DNA of 44,930 nt from Kofleriaceae bacterium (lineage in GTDB: Bacteria; Myxococcota_A; Polyangia; Haliangiales; Haliangiaceae): NCBI GenBank assembly GCA_046597055.1, contig JBKJLC010000141.1, positions 1 to 44,930 on the forward strand. The letters run 5' to 3'. The notes beneath the pieces were generated by a model that worked only from the letters and a program-made list of their open reading frames with translations, made no database searches and was not told the origin of the DNA. Below are positions 20,980-30,116 of the stretch, piece after piece. Position numbers and translations under genes: made by a program. Each line of letters opens with the position of its first letter. Position 1 is the first letter of the stretch.

Positions 20980-22281
20980 ATGCCCCGGGCGCGCACCGTC
21001 GGGGGACCCGCCCGGGTCCTGGCGACCGCCGCGCTCGCGGCGCTGGCCGGGTGCGCGCTGATCGCGTGCAAGTCGCAGGCTCGGCCCGCGCCGCCGCCGC
21101 TGGTCGCCGGGCCCGACCGGTTCCCGCACCAGCGCCACGCCGAGATCGGCTGCCCGGCCTGTCACGATGCCTCGGCGGTCCAGGCCGGCGTCCCTCGCCT
21201 CCCCGGCAGCGACGACCACGCGCCGTGCGACCAGGGCCAGTGCCACGCCGACGCCTTCGCCCGCGCTCCCGGTCCGATCTGCCAGGTCTGCCACGCCAGC
21301 GTCGATCCGGTCCGCCCCGACGCCAGCCCGCTGCGCGCATTCCCAACCGACGATCCGGTCCGCAACCTGCCGTCGCGGTTCTCGCACGCCCGCCACCTCG
21401 ACGACGCGGCGATGGAGCGCGCGGTCGGCTTCCACGTCACCTGCGCCGACTGCCACCTCGACGGAGCCTCGGAGGTGCCGACCGCGAGCGGCCACGCGCC
21501 GTGCGCGCGCTGTCACGCCGACGAGGTCGGCCTGGCCGGCGCACCGGCGATGACCGAGTGTCGGCGCTGTCACGAGGGCCCGGCCGCGGCCCGGTTCCCG
21601 CGCCGGCTCATCACCGGCGACCTGCGCTTCTCGCACGAGCCCCACCGCGCCGACGCCCGCGGGGTCCCGATCCGCTGCAAGACCTGCCACGTCGGGACCG
21701 ACGTCGCCGGCGCCAGCGATCGCCATCCGTCGCCGCCGACCTCGGCGTGCGTCGCCTGCCACGACGACACCAGCCGGGTGCCGGTCGGCCGCAGCATGCG
21801 CGTGTGCGCGACCTGCCACGCCAACCGCGAGGACTCGATCCGGACCCTGGCGCCGCGCTCGCACCTGCCGGCGACCGAGCGACCCACCGATCACACGCTG
21901 GCGTTCCGACGCGACCACCGCGGCGAGGCCGAAGACGCCGCGCGCTGCGCCGCCTGCCACACGATGATGTCGGGCAGCCCGCGCTCGGCGTGCGACGAGT
22001 GCCACCAGGTGCTGCGGCCCGGCGATCACACGGTGTTGTGGCGCGAGTACGACCACGGCGCCGACGCGATCGTCGATCGCGATCGCTGCGCGACCTGCCA
22101 CGTGGTCGACTACTGCACCGCCTGCCACCGCCAGCCGCCGCGCTCGCACCTGCCGCGCGGCGCGTTCGCCGCCAGCGACCACGGCGACCTCGCGCGCCAG
22201 AACCCGCGCGCGTGCCTGACCTGCCACCAGCCGGCCACCGACTGCACCGGCGCCGGCTGCCACGAGCCGAGCCGCCCGTGA
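20980..22281 (+). CDS. multiheme cytochrome c lipoprotein, 15 heme motifs (13 CxxCH + 2 CX4CH)
   Basis: Lipobox LAGC/LIAC. Three FxHxxH-led triheme c7-like repeats, then three di-heme repeats. Motifs counted manually. Confidence 0.92.
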   Translation: MPRARTVGGPARVLATAALAALAGCALIACKSQARPAPPPLVAGPDRFPHQRHAEIGCPACHDASAVQAGVPRLPGSDDHAPCDQGQCHADAFARAPGPICQVCHASVDPVRPDASPLRAFPTDDPVRNLPSRFSHARHLDDAAMERAVGFHVTCADCHLDGASEVPTASGHAPCARCHADEVGLAGAPAMTECRRCHEGPAAARFPRRLITGDLRFSHEPHRADARGVPIRCKTCHVGTDVAGASDRHPSPPTSACVACHDDTSRVPVGRSMRVCATCHANREDSIRTLAPRSHLPATERPTDHTLAFRRDHRGEAEDAARCAACHTMMSGSPRSACDECHQVLRPGDHTVLWREYDHGADAIVDRDRCATCHVVDYCTACHRQPPRSHLPRGAFAASDHGDLARQNPRACLTCHQPATDCTGAGCHEPSRP

Positions 22282-24056
22282 CGATCGGGCGGGTCCTGCT
22301 GGCCGGGTTGATCGTGATGTCCGGTGGACCGGACAGTCGGGCCGAGCCGGCGCCGCCCGCGGCCGACCTGCGCGCCCGTGGCCTGCCGTTCTTGCCGCGG
22401 CTGGCGATGCGGACCGCAGCCCGGGCGACCGCGGCGCCCACCGCCCGGGTGCCGGCGGCGGCGGCGGAGCCGCCGCCCGCGTCGGCGACCGACCGGCTGC
22501 GCTTCGACCGCACCACCGCGCGCGCCCCGACCGTGCTGACCGCCGACGAGCGGCGGGCGCTGATCGCCGAGCAGGTGCGCGCTCAGCTGACGCTCGGGTT
22601 CGCGGTCGATGGCGCCGAGCCGTCGGGATCGGGCCGGACCGTGGCCGGCAATTCGCTGCGAGACGGCGAGCTCGAGGCCCACCTCGCGCGGGTCGGCTAC
22701 GCGCGCGCGCGCGCCTATGGCTTCGGCGAAGCGGTCCTCGGCGTCGACGGCGTCGGGATCGCCGGGATCTCCGTCTACCTCGCGGCGCAGTTTCGGCTGG
22801 CCCCGTCGGCCCCGACCTTCGCGCCGGTCGCCAACGCGTGGGACCAGCTCGACCCGCTGCGGATCCGGGCCGGGTGGGCCGAGGCCGACCGCGTGTTCGA
22901 GAAGGGCATCCTGCGCCCGCTGGTGCTGCGCGGCGGTCGCCAGTTCATCTACGGCCCGGCGATCGCGCACGTCGACGGCCTGTGGGCCTCGTGGGAGCGG
23001 TCGGGGGTCCGGCTGACCGGCTACTTCGGCGCGCGCGTGCCCGACTGGTATCAGGACAACCCTGGGTATCCGGACGCCCGCCGCCAGGGCGGGGTCGTCA
23101 CCGGCGGCGAGCTCGCGGTCGACCTGCGGCAATACCGCCTGCCATTCAAGCTGAAGGTGCGCGCCCTCGCCTTCGAGAACCATGGCCACACCGACGTCAC
23201 CGTCGACTGGAGCGCGCGCCCCGACCTGATCGCGACCGGCGTCGTGCGCCTGTTCGACGGCGAGATCGTGCGCGAGCACGTCACCCTGCGCTACCGAGTC
23301 TCGGACGAGACCCGGCTGGTCGTCGACGGCGACGTCCGCCAACGCCGCGACCCGATCTGGGACTACGCGTTCTACCGGGCCGACGAGCGGTTCGCCGCGC
23401 GCCGCTACCTTGACCTTGGCCCGAGCCTCCCCCGCATCGCCGGCCGAGCCCGGGCCGGCACCGTGATCCTCGACAACGTCGACGTGCTGGTCCACGCGGG
23501 CTTCGCGGTCGATGCCCGAGGCACCACCGACGAGCCCAGCTATCACGCCGCGAGCTGGTTCGAGACCGGCGGCGCGCTCGAGGTGCGGGTCCGGCGCGCG
23601 GTCGCGCTCGGCCTGTCGGCCCTGATCCGCAACTACAGCCGGCGCGATCCCGAGATGGTCGTCCGGGACCGCGAGGACGAGGTCCAGCCGCTCGAGCTGC
23701 AACCGCTGCACCTCGGCGAGCGCAGCCTGATCGAGGGCGGGGGCTCGGCGCGGTTCTCGAGCGGCGCGCGCCGGTTCTCCGCGGCCGTCGAGATCTATCT
23801 CCGCAAGACCAAGTTCGCCGAGCGCTACCAGGACGACGGCTCCTACGGCCGAGGCGCCGCTGGCCTCGGCGACGACGAGCTGGTGCGTGTCCTCGGCCCG
23901 GACGACTTCCGCGGCGGCGGCCGGATCTCCTTCGAGGCGTGGATCACGCCCAACCTGCGCATGCGCGCCGAATACGACGTCTCGTCGCGGCTCGATCTGG
24001 CGCCCGAGATCCTCGGGCTCAAGTCGCTGCGGCTGGTCGCCGAGGGTACGTTCTGA
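22278..24056 (+). CDS. probable outer-membrane beta-barrel (porin) of the cytochrome operon, 592 aa
   Basis: GTG overlaps the upstream stop (GTGA). Signal-like N-terminus, many amphipathic beta-strands, C-terminal SLRLVAEGTF with terminal Phe (BAM-type signal). Confidence 0.75.
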   Translation: MTIGRVLLAGLIVMSGGPDSRAEPAPPAADLRARGLPFLPRLAMRTAARATAAPTARVPAAAAEPPPASATDRLRFDRTTARAPTVLTADERRALIAEQVRAQLTLGFAVDGAEPSGSGRTVAGNSLRDGELEAHLARVGYARARAYGFGEAVLGVDGVGIAGISVYLAAQFRLAPSAPTFAPVANAWDQLDPLRIRAGWAEADRVFEKGILRPLVLRGGRQFIYGPAIAHVDGLWASWERSGVRLTGYFGARVPDWYQDNPGYPDARRQGGVVTGGELAVDLRQYRLPFKLKVRALAFENHGHTDVTVDWSARPDLIATGVVRLFDGEIVREHVTLRYRVSDETRLVVDGDVRQRRDPIWDYAFYRADERFAARRYLDLGPSLPRIAGRARAGTVILDNVDVLVHAGFAVDARGTTDEPSYHAASWFETGGALEVRVRRAVALGLSALIRNYSRRDPEMVVRDREDEVQPLELQPLHLGERSLIEGGGSARFSSGARRFSAAVEIYLRKTKFAERYQDDGSYGRGAAGLGDDELVRVLGPDDFRGGGRISFEAWITPNLRMRAEYDVSSRLDLAPEILGLKSLRLVAEGTF

Positions 24057-25528
24057 TGCGCGCGCTCGCGGTCGCGCTGCTGCTGGGGTTCGGCGCGGCC
24101 AGGCTCGCCACCGCCGAGCCCGCGGTCGGCTTCGACCACATCGTCCACGAGGGCAAGGTGTCGGTGCTCGGCAAGGATCCGATCGCGTGTACCGCTTGCC
24201 ATCGCGTGACCGCCGGCGGCGCGGTGCTCGGGCGCCCGGGCCACGCCGCGTGCCTGGGCGCCTGCCATGCGCCGCCCGCGCGCGGGGCCGCGCCCATCGC
24301 CGACACGCGCCGGGTCTGCATCGCCTGCCACGCCGGCACCGACCTCGACGGCCGCGCCCGGGGGCGGGTCGACTACCCGCCGTACCGCATCGATCCCGAC
24401 TACGGGTTGGCGATGAGCCACGCCGCGCACGCCGCGGCCGGCTGCGTCGCCTGTCACCCGACCCCGGGGGTACCGCCGCGCGCGACGGCCCCGCATGCCC
24501 GGTGCGCGCCGTGCCACGCGACCCGCGCGGCCCCGTTGCTGTCGGCGTGCACCGGCTGCCACCTCGCAGCCTACGGCGTCAACACCCGGCCGCGCCTCCA
24601 GCGCGGCCCGCTCGCCGTCGGGGCTGCGTTCTCGCACGTCCGGCACGCCGGCCGTGGCCAGGCCGGCGCCGCCTGCGACGGATGCCATCGCGGGCTGGGC
24701 GCGTCGAGCGGGCTCGAGCTACCGACCCCGAGCACCAACGACTGCGCGACCAGCGGCTGCCACGACGGCATGGCGGCGTTCGCGACCACCGCCGCCTGCA
24801 CGCGCTGCCACACCCGGCCACCGACCGAGACGTTCGTGGTGACCCGCCCCGCGGCGCGGTTCTCGCACGATGCGCACGCCGCGCTGGTCCCGATCGACCG
24901 CTGCGCCGCCTGCCACGTGCTCGACGCCCGCGGCCTGGCGGTGACCGTCGGCCACGCCGCCTGCACCGCGTGTCACGCCGCCGACTTCGCCGCGCGGACA
25001 CCGACCACCTGCGGCGCCTGCCACGTCACCACCGAGCCGTGGCGGCGGCTGCGCGCCGATCAGCTGCCGCCGCCGTCGAGCGACTTCGGGGTCGAGCTGC
25101 CGCACGGCCAGCACGAGCAGCTCGGGTGCGTCGCCTGCCACCAGCTCACCACCGCGACCCGCGAGCTGCGGCCACCGCGTGGCCACGCCGCCTGCACCGG
25201 CTCCGGCTGCCACGCCGCGGCGCGCGGTCCGACCCCGCCGCTCGAAGCGTGCGCCGCCTGTCACCAGCGCGGGCTCGAGCACGGTCGCGATCAGCTCGGG
25301 GCCGCGCGGCCATGGTCGGTGCGCGCGCGCTTCCGCCACGCCGCCCATGCCCGTGATCCCCGCACCACCGGGCCGCTGGCCTGCGTCGCCTGTCACGCCG
25401 GGATGTCCACCGCCGCCGACCTGGCCGCGATCGTGCCGCCGCCCAAGCGCTCGTGCGCGCCCTGCCACGACGGCACCACCGCGTTCAAGCTGACCGGCCA
25501 CGGCTGTGCGAGCTGCCATGGCCGCTGA
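24056..25528 (+). CDS. periplasmic multiheme cytochrome c, 18 heme motifs (15 CxxCH + 1 CX3CH + 2 CX4CH) in six c7-like repeats
   Basis: TGATG coupling; SPase I signal MRALAV...ATA|EPA. Six repeats, each HxxH plus three heme motifs; CHDG..AF as in Geobacter c7-polymer cytochromes. Confidence 0.92.
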   Translation: MRALAVALLLGFGAARLATAEPAVGFDHIVHEGKVSVLGKDPIACTACHRVTAGGAVLGRPGHAACLGACHAPPARGAAPIADTRRVCIACHAGTDLDGRARGRVDYPPYRIDPDYGLAMSHAAHAAAGCVACHPTPGVPPRATAPHARCAPCHATRAAPLLSACTGCHLAAYGVNTRPRLQRGPLAVGAAFSHVRHAGRGQAGAACDGCHRGLGASSGLELPTPSTNDCATSGCHDGMAAFATTAACTRCHTRPPTETFVVTRPAARFSHDAHAALVPIDRCAACHVLDARGLAVTVGHAACTACHAADFAARTPTTCGACHVTTEPWRRLRADQLPPPSSDFGVELPHGQHEQLGCVACHQLTTATRELRPPRGHAACTGSGCHAAARGPTPPLEACAACHQRGLEHGRDQLGAARPWSVRARFRHAAHARDPRTTGPLACVACHAGMSTAADLAAIVPPPKRSCAPCHDGTTAFKLTGHGCASCHGR

Positions 25529-25886
25529 CCGGGAGGGACTGCCGCGCTGGCAGCGCGTGTATGCGTTCGCGACCGCCGCCGTGATCGGCGGCGCCCTCGC
25601 CTACGCGCTGTGCGACTGGAGCGGGTGGCCGCGGCTCACGCTCGATCCGTACCGCGGTGGCTGGTCGTGGCCCGACGGGCCGACCCGCACGGTGCCGATC
25701 AACTACTACGGCACGCTGCTGTGGGGCGCGGGCGGCGCAGCGGTGGGCGCCGGGCTGGCGGCGCTCGCGACCTGGCGCCGCGGCCGACCGCTCCCGGCGA
25801 CGATCCTCGTGCTCCTCGCCGCGTGGGCGCTCACCGCGTTCGTGCTCGCAGGCGGGTTCTACACGTGGAGCCTGTGGCCGTTCTGA
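25518..25886 (+). CDS. small membrane protein (about 3 TM), last gene of the cytochrome operon
   Basis: Overlaps the upstream gene by 11 nt. Three hydrophobic segments; Trp/Tyr-rich loop; contains no His. Confidence 0.75.
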   Translation: MAADREGLPRWQRVYAFATAAVIGGALAYALCDWSGWPRLTLDPYRGGWSWPDGPTRTVPINYYGTLLWGAGGAAVGAGLAALATWRRGRPLPATILVLLAAWALTAFVLAGGFYTWSLWPF

Positions 25887-26056
25887 GCGCACCCGCCGCC
25901 CGCGCCCGCGCCACGGTGTAAGCCGGCGCGCCGGGCGCCGTTCTTCCGACGCGAACGCCGACCGCCGGGCTCGGGATGTACGGGCGAGTGGGCCAGAACG
26001 CTTCGGTGAAGCCCTCGGACAACCCGACGGCGTCGTCGTCGACGAGGCAGGCGACG

Positions 26057-26089
26057 AAGCCCGCGTGCCGATCGTGGACACGCGGGCTT
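26057..26089. terminator. inverted repeat, possible terminator or operator
   Basis: AAGCCCGCGTG / CACGCGGGCTT perfect 11-bp arms. Confidence 0.4.
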
Positions 26090-26177
26090 GCGCGGGAGGT
26101 TTGTGAGCGACCGGCCGTCGTCATCGCCCGACGCTGGTGAGTTTTGATATTCTGACACGATTCCCGGTCCGACCTCG

Positions 26178-27554
26178 ATGCAGGATCTTGAGACCAAGCC
26201 GCTGGCCAAGATGGCCTCGCGGCTGCACGCCGTGTTCGTGATCGACGACGAGGTCCGGATCCTGGAGCTGCCCCCGCGCGGCGAGCTGGTGATTGGCCGT
26301 GGTCGTCGCGCCGAGCTCTGCGTCGAGCACCCGACGATGTCGCGCGCACACGCGGCGCTCCGACTCGCGCCCACGCTGGCGATCAAGGACCTCGGCGGCG
26401 CCAACGGGACGATGGTGCGCGGCCAGCGGCTGGTCCCCGGCGACTGGGTCGAGCTCGCGCCGGGCGATGCGGTCCACCTCGGCGACGTCGTGCTGGTGCT
26501 CCGCCGCCAGCTCGAGCCGCCACCGCCGCTCGACGCACGCCGCCTGTTCGAGCGCCTCGAGCCGACGTTGGCCCAGGTCGCCGCCGGCTCGATCACCGTG
26601 CTGATCCTTGGCGAGACCGGCTCCGGAAAAGAGATCTGCGCCGAGAGCATCCACCGCCTCTCGCCCCGCGCCGCCGGCACCTTCCTGCGTCTGCACTGCT
26701 CGGCCATTCCGGAGTCCCTCCTCGAGGGCGAGCTGTTCGGCCACGAGCGCGGTGCGTTCACCGGGGCGGTCGCTGCCAAGCCCGGCCTGCTCGAGAGCGC
26801 CGAGGGCGGGACCGTCTTCCTCGACGAGATCGGCGAGCTGCCGCCCGCCGTGCAGGTCAAGCTGCTGCGCGTCCTCGACACCCGCGAGGTGCTGCGCCTC
26901 GGCGGCTTGACACCGCGCACCATCGACGTCCGGTTCATCGCGGCGACCCACCGCGATCTGCGCGCCGAGGTCCAGGCCAACCGCTTCCGCGAGGACCTCT
27001 ATTACCGACTGAGCGCCGTGACCGTGCGGGTGCCGCCGCTACGCGATCGAGTCGAGGAGATCCCTGCCCTGGGCATCGAGTTCGCCGCCTTCGCCGCGCG
27101 CGACCTCGGGATCGCGCCGCCGGTGCTGTCGCCCCAGGCGCTGGCGGCGCTCGCCGCGTACCCGTGGCCGGGCAACGTCCGCGAGCTGCGCAACGTCGTG
27201 ACCCGCGCGGTGCTGCTGGCGGCCGGGAACCCGATCCAGCGCCGCCACCTCGGGCTCGAGGAGGTCGCCGAACGCCGGGCGCCCTCGTCGTCGACGTCAC
27301 CGCCACCGCCAGCGCAGGGCCACCGCAGCCACTCGATCACCGTACCGATGGCGGCGATCCCCGACCCGCCGGCGCCGCCTGCCGCCGACACGCTGAACGA
27401 CGAGATGCGCGCGCTCGAGCGAGCCCGCATCCTCGAGTCCCTGCACCGCTGCGGCGGCAACCAGACCCGCGCGGCGCGCGAGCTGGGGATCGCGCGCGGG
27501 ACGCTGGTGGCGCGCCTCACTGCCTACGGCATCATCCGTCCGCGCAAGACGTGA
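26178..27554 (+). CDS. FHA-domain sigma54-dependent transcriptional activator (bEBP, Fis-type HTH)
   Basis: [16 protein letters not shown] (FHA); [52 protein letters not shown]. Confidence 0.96.
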   Translation: MQDLETKPLAKMASRLHAVFVIDDEVRILELPPRGELVIGRGRRAELCVEHPTMSRAHAALRLAPTLAIKDLGGANGTMVRGQRLVPGDWVELAPGDAVHLGDVVLVLRRQLEPPPPLDARRLFERLEPTLAQVAAGSITVLILGETGSGKEICAESIHRLSPRAAGTFLRLHCSAIPESLLEGELFGHERGAFTGAVAAKPGLLESAEGGTVFLDEIGELPPAVQVKLLRVLDTREVLRLGGLTPRTIDVRFIAATHRDLRAEVQANRFREDLYYRLSAVTVRVPPLRDRVEEIPALGIEFAAFAARDLGIAPPVLSPQALAALAAYPWPGNVRELRNVVTRAVLLAAGNPIQRRHLGLEEVAERRAPSSSTSPPPPAQGHRSHSITVPMAAIPDPPAPPAADTLNDEMRALERARILESLHRCGGNQTRAARELGIARGTLVARLTAYGIIRPRKT

Positions 27555-27560
27555 GCGACG

Positions 27561-28541
27561 TCAGCCGCAGTAGTCGGTGCCCGACTGCTGGATGCATTTG
27601 AGACCCACGAGGCAATCGGCGTCCACGTCGCAGTCGCCTTCGGCCACGCCGCATCGGCACTCGGAGTTGCATTCGGTACAGTCGACCCGACCGGCCTGGT
27701 CGGCGATGATCGCGTCGGGATCCTGGTAGGACGTGGACTCCGACGTCTGCAGCTCCATCCATTCGTAGCCGCTGGTGAAGTAGCTGCTCCGCCCCCCCAT
27801 GAAGTCGCCGGTGCGGCTTTGCTTCAGCTCCGACCATTCCTTGAACACGCCGTTCGGGTACAGGCCAGTGTGATACAGGCCGAACATGTGTCCGAGCTCG
27901 TGAATGGCCAGGTAGCCGCGCTGCGTGCTGTAGTACGGGTTGAAGACAGCGCTGGCGCCAGCGTAGCCCTGTGGGGTGGAGGGTCGGTCGCCGATCACGT
28001 CGATCTGGGCTCGTCCCGACGTTCCCGCGTCGTTCGTGATCAAGATCCAGGCGTAGTCGGTCGAGCCCAGCGCCTTGCTCTTGTCGGTCGTGACGTTGAC
28101 GTCGTAGCCCTCGTAGCCCTGCGCCACTTCCATGGCCGCGCGGATGATCGCGGTCTGTTCGGTGCTGCTGAACCTGGACTTGTCGCTGTCCAGCGAGGCG
28201 GGGCCGTAGTAGTCGCGGCCCTTGTAGTACCCGCCGTCGAAGTCGAGGTACAGGGCGACGCGGCCGCCAGGCTGGCTCTCCCAGAGCGGGAGCCCGGCGG
28301 AGCTCTTCGGCACACGGCCCGCGATGAGCGCGGCATGACTCGACGAGATGGCGATCCGCGCGAGGGCGCCGACCGCCCCGGTGCCCTCGGCGCGGTCATG
28401 AGGCAGGCCGCAGACCGCCTCGTTGCCAACCTCGTAGAAGTCCGCGGGGTCGGTCTCTTCGATCTCGCCGGTGGTGCAGGCGCCGTTCACGCTCGCGACG
28501 GCCACGAGCGCGCACAGGGTGAGCTTGGATGGTGTGAGCAT
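27561..28541 (-). CDS. secreted/lipoprotein metzincin-type zinc metalloprotease with Cys-rich C-terminal module
   Basis: AGGAG SD; signal peptide with Cys; LYLDFDG, HELGHMFGLYH (HExxHxxGxxH), Met-turn FMG; tail CGVAEGDCDVDADCLVGLKC. Confidence 0.8.
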   Translation of the reverse strand: MLTPSKLTLCALVAVASVNGACTTGEIEETDPADFYEVGNEAVCGLPHDRAEGTGAVGALARIAISSSHAALIAGRVPKSSAGLPLWESQPGGRVALYLDFDGGYYKGRDYYGPASLDSDKSRFSSTEQTAIIRAAMEVAQGYEGYDVNVTTDKSKALGSTDYAWILITNDAGTSGRAQIDVIGDRPSTPQGYAGASAVFNPYYSTQRGYLAIHELGHMFGLYHTGLYPNGVFKEWSELKQSRTGDFMGGRSSYFTSGYEWMELQTSESTSYQDPDAIIADQAGRVDCTECNSECRCGVAEGDCDVDADCLVGLKCIQQSGTDYCG

Positions 28542-28576
28542 GTGATCGTCTCCTGGTCTGAGGTCGCGCACGGAGG

Positions 28577-29515
28577 TCAGGTCCCGGTCTTCCGGATCAC
28601 GATGGAGACCGCGATGTCCTTGCACGACGAGGGCGCAGGAGAGCCGCCGATGGCCTGGTAGACCGGCGTGGCCCCGGTCGAGGTGAGCGGGCGACCGTAG
28701 AGATGTGCCATCTCGTCGTGGTCGAGCACCTGGCGATACCGGGTGATCCCGCTGCCGGCCGTGAAGTTGCTCGACGTGAGGCGCGAACCGCTCCCGTCGT
28801 CGAAGCTCTGGGAGAGCAGGAGCAGATCGCCCGCGTTGCCGGTCACCGACGGGAAGGTGGTCCCGCTGATGTTGTCGCACCGGGTCTGCCCCTTCCACGC
28901 CCGCACCGGGTTGGAGCTGGAGCCCCCGTTCCGGATGGTGGCCATGATTGCCCAGGCCGGGTGGCTGCCGGGGAAATCGATCGTCATCCGCTCGTACTGC
29001 GTGTTGTCCCCAGGATCCCTGCGGAGGTCGTCGGTCGTCGCCTTCTTCCAGTACAGCACCTGGTTCAGGTCGGACTGCTGGCCAGCGCAGTCGAAGTCGC
29101 CGGCGCTGTTGTCGAAGGCGCAGGTCGCCACCGGTCCCGACCAGCCACCACTGCGCCAGGGGCGCAGGCGATCGACCAGCCGATCGCCGCTGCTGTTGCT
29201 GGCCCAGAAGTTCGTGTCATCGGTCCGGTGAAGGAAGAGCAGCAGGAGGTCGCCCGCCTGGGTGCCGTTGGGCACCCGGATCGTCGGCGTGCCATTCTGC
29301 GCCGTGCCGCCCGTGGAGGCGACGTACGCGATGTCGCCGACCGCCGCCAGCGCCGAGACTTCGGGGTCCGTGATCTCCGCGGCGTCGTCGATGGGTTCGT
29401 CGAAGGACTCGTCGGGATCGACGCAGCCGACCAGCAGCGTGGAAGCTGCCAGGCAGCTCAGCCAGAGCGTGGACCGGGGCAGGCGCGCAGACGTGAGTTC
29501 GGAGCGGTCAGACAT
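28577..29515 (-). CDS. hypothetical lipoprotein, beta-rich with two GDLLLL repeats
   Basis: AGGAG SD before ATG 29515; lipobox LVGC; co-oriented directly upstream of the protease. Confidence 0.75.
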   Translation of the reverse strand: MSDRSELTSARLPRSTLWLSCLAASTLLVGCVDPDESFDEPIDDAAEITDPEVSALAAVGDIAYVASTGGTAQNGTPTIRVPNGTQAGDLLLLFLHRTDDTNFWASNSSGDRLVDRLRPWRSGGWSGPVATCAFDNSAGDFDCAGQQSDLNQVLYWKKATTDDLRRDPGDNTQYERMTIDFPGSHPAWAIMATIRNGGSSSNPVRAWKGQTRCDNISGTTFPSVTGNAGDLLLLSQSFDDGSGSRLTSSNFTAGSGITRYRQVLDHDEMAHLYGRPLTSTGATPVYQAIGGSPAPSSCKDIAVSIVIRKTGT

Positions 29516-29589
29516 CGTGTCGACTCCTGTTGCGAGGGATGCGCTGCCATCGAGCCAGCGCTGGAACGAGCGGTTCATGCGGCTTCTTC

Positions 29590-29605
29590 AGCAAGCTCCA
29601 TGCCG
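29590..29605 (-). promoter_or_regulatory. sigma54 (-24/-12) promoter of the 29515-27561 operon
   Basis: Minus strand CGGCATGGAGCTTGCT = GG-N10-GC, near the TGGCAC-N5-TTGC consensus. Confidence 0.75.
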
Positions 29606-30116
29606 CCTGTAAGCCCGCGAGCCCGCTCATCCGCGCAGCCGGCCCGCGCGGGATCCATACGAGTCTGGGCAGACCGTTCATGGTTTGAACGATCTGTCCA
29701 AGTCCGCTGGGCCCGGGTCGGCCTACGGACCAGGCGCCCAGGCGAGTCGCCGGCCCAGGGCCTGGACGCGCTCGAGGCCAGCGTCCGCGACGTAGCTCGC
29801 GAGCGCCGGATCGAGCAAGACGGAATCGGCGGGTTCGCTGAGTCCACGCATGGCGTGACCGACCCCGCACGTCCAGTACGCACCCCCGTTCGCGGGACGG
29901 CCAGATTCATCAAGCCACCACGGCTGAACTCAGGTCAGGTGGCGCGAGCACCGCGCCGCCGCGGCGCGCGGGTGCGAGGTACTCAAGAATCTCGCCACGA
30001 CAACCGGTTACAGGACACGGTCACGTCAGCCGACACCCGGCGACACCCCAGAAGTGGTCCCCGAGCTGGTCGCAGCGGTCGTCGGGTAGCGACGACGTGT
30101 GACGGAACGACGGTGC

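Noticed and set aside
21051..22277. N-terminal 409 aa of the 1001-aa ORF 21051-24056
   Set aside because: Arg/Pro-rich off-frame read-through over the cytochrome gene. The real gene starts at GTG 22278.
29724..29930. Minus-strand frame ...WWLDESG...AYWTCGVGHAMRGL...
   Set aside because: No convincing start or recognisable family; at most a gene fragment.
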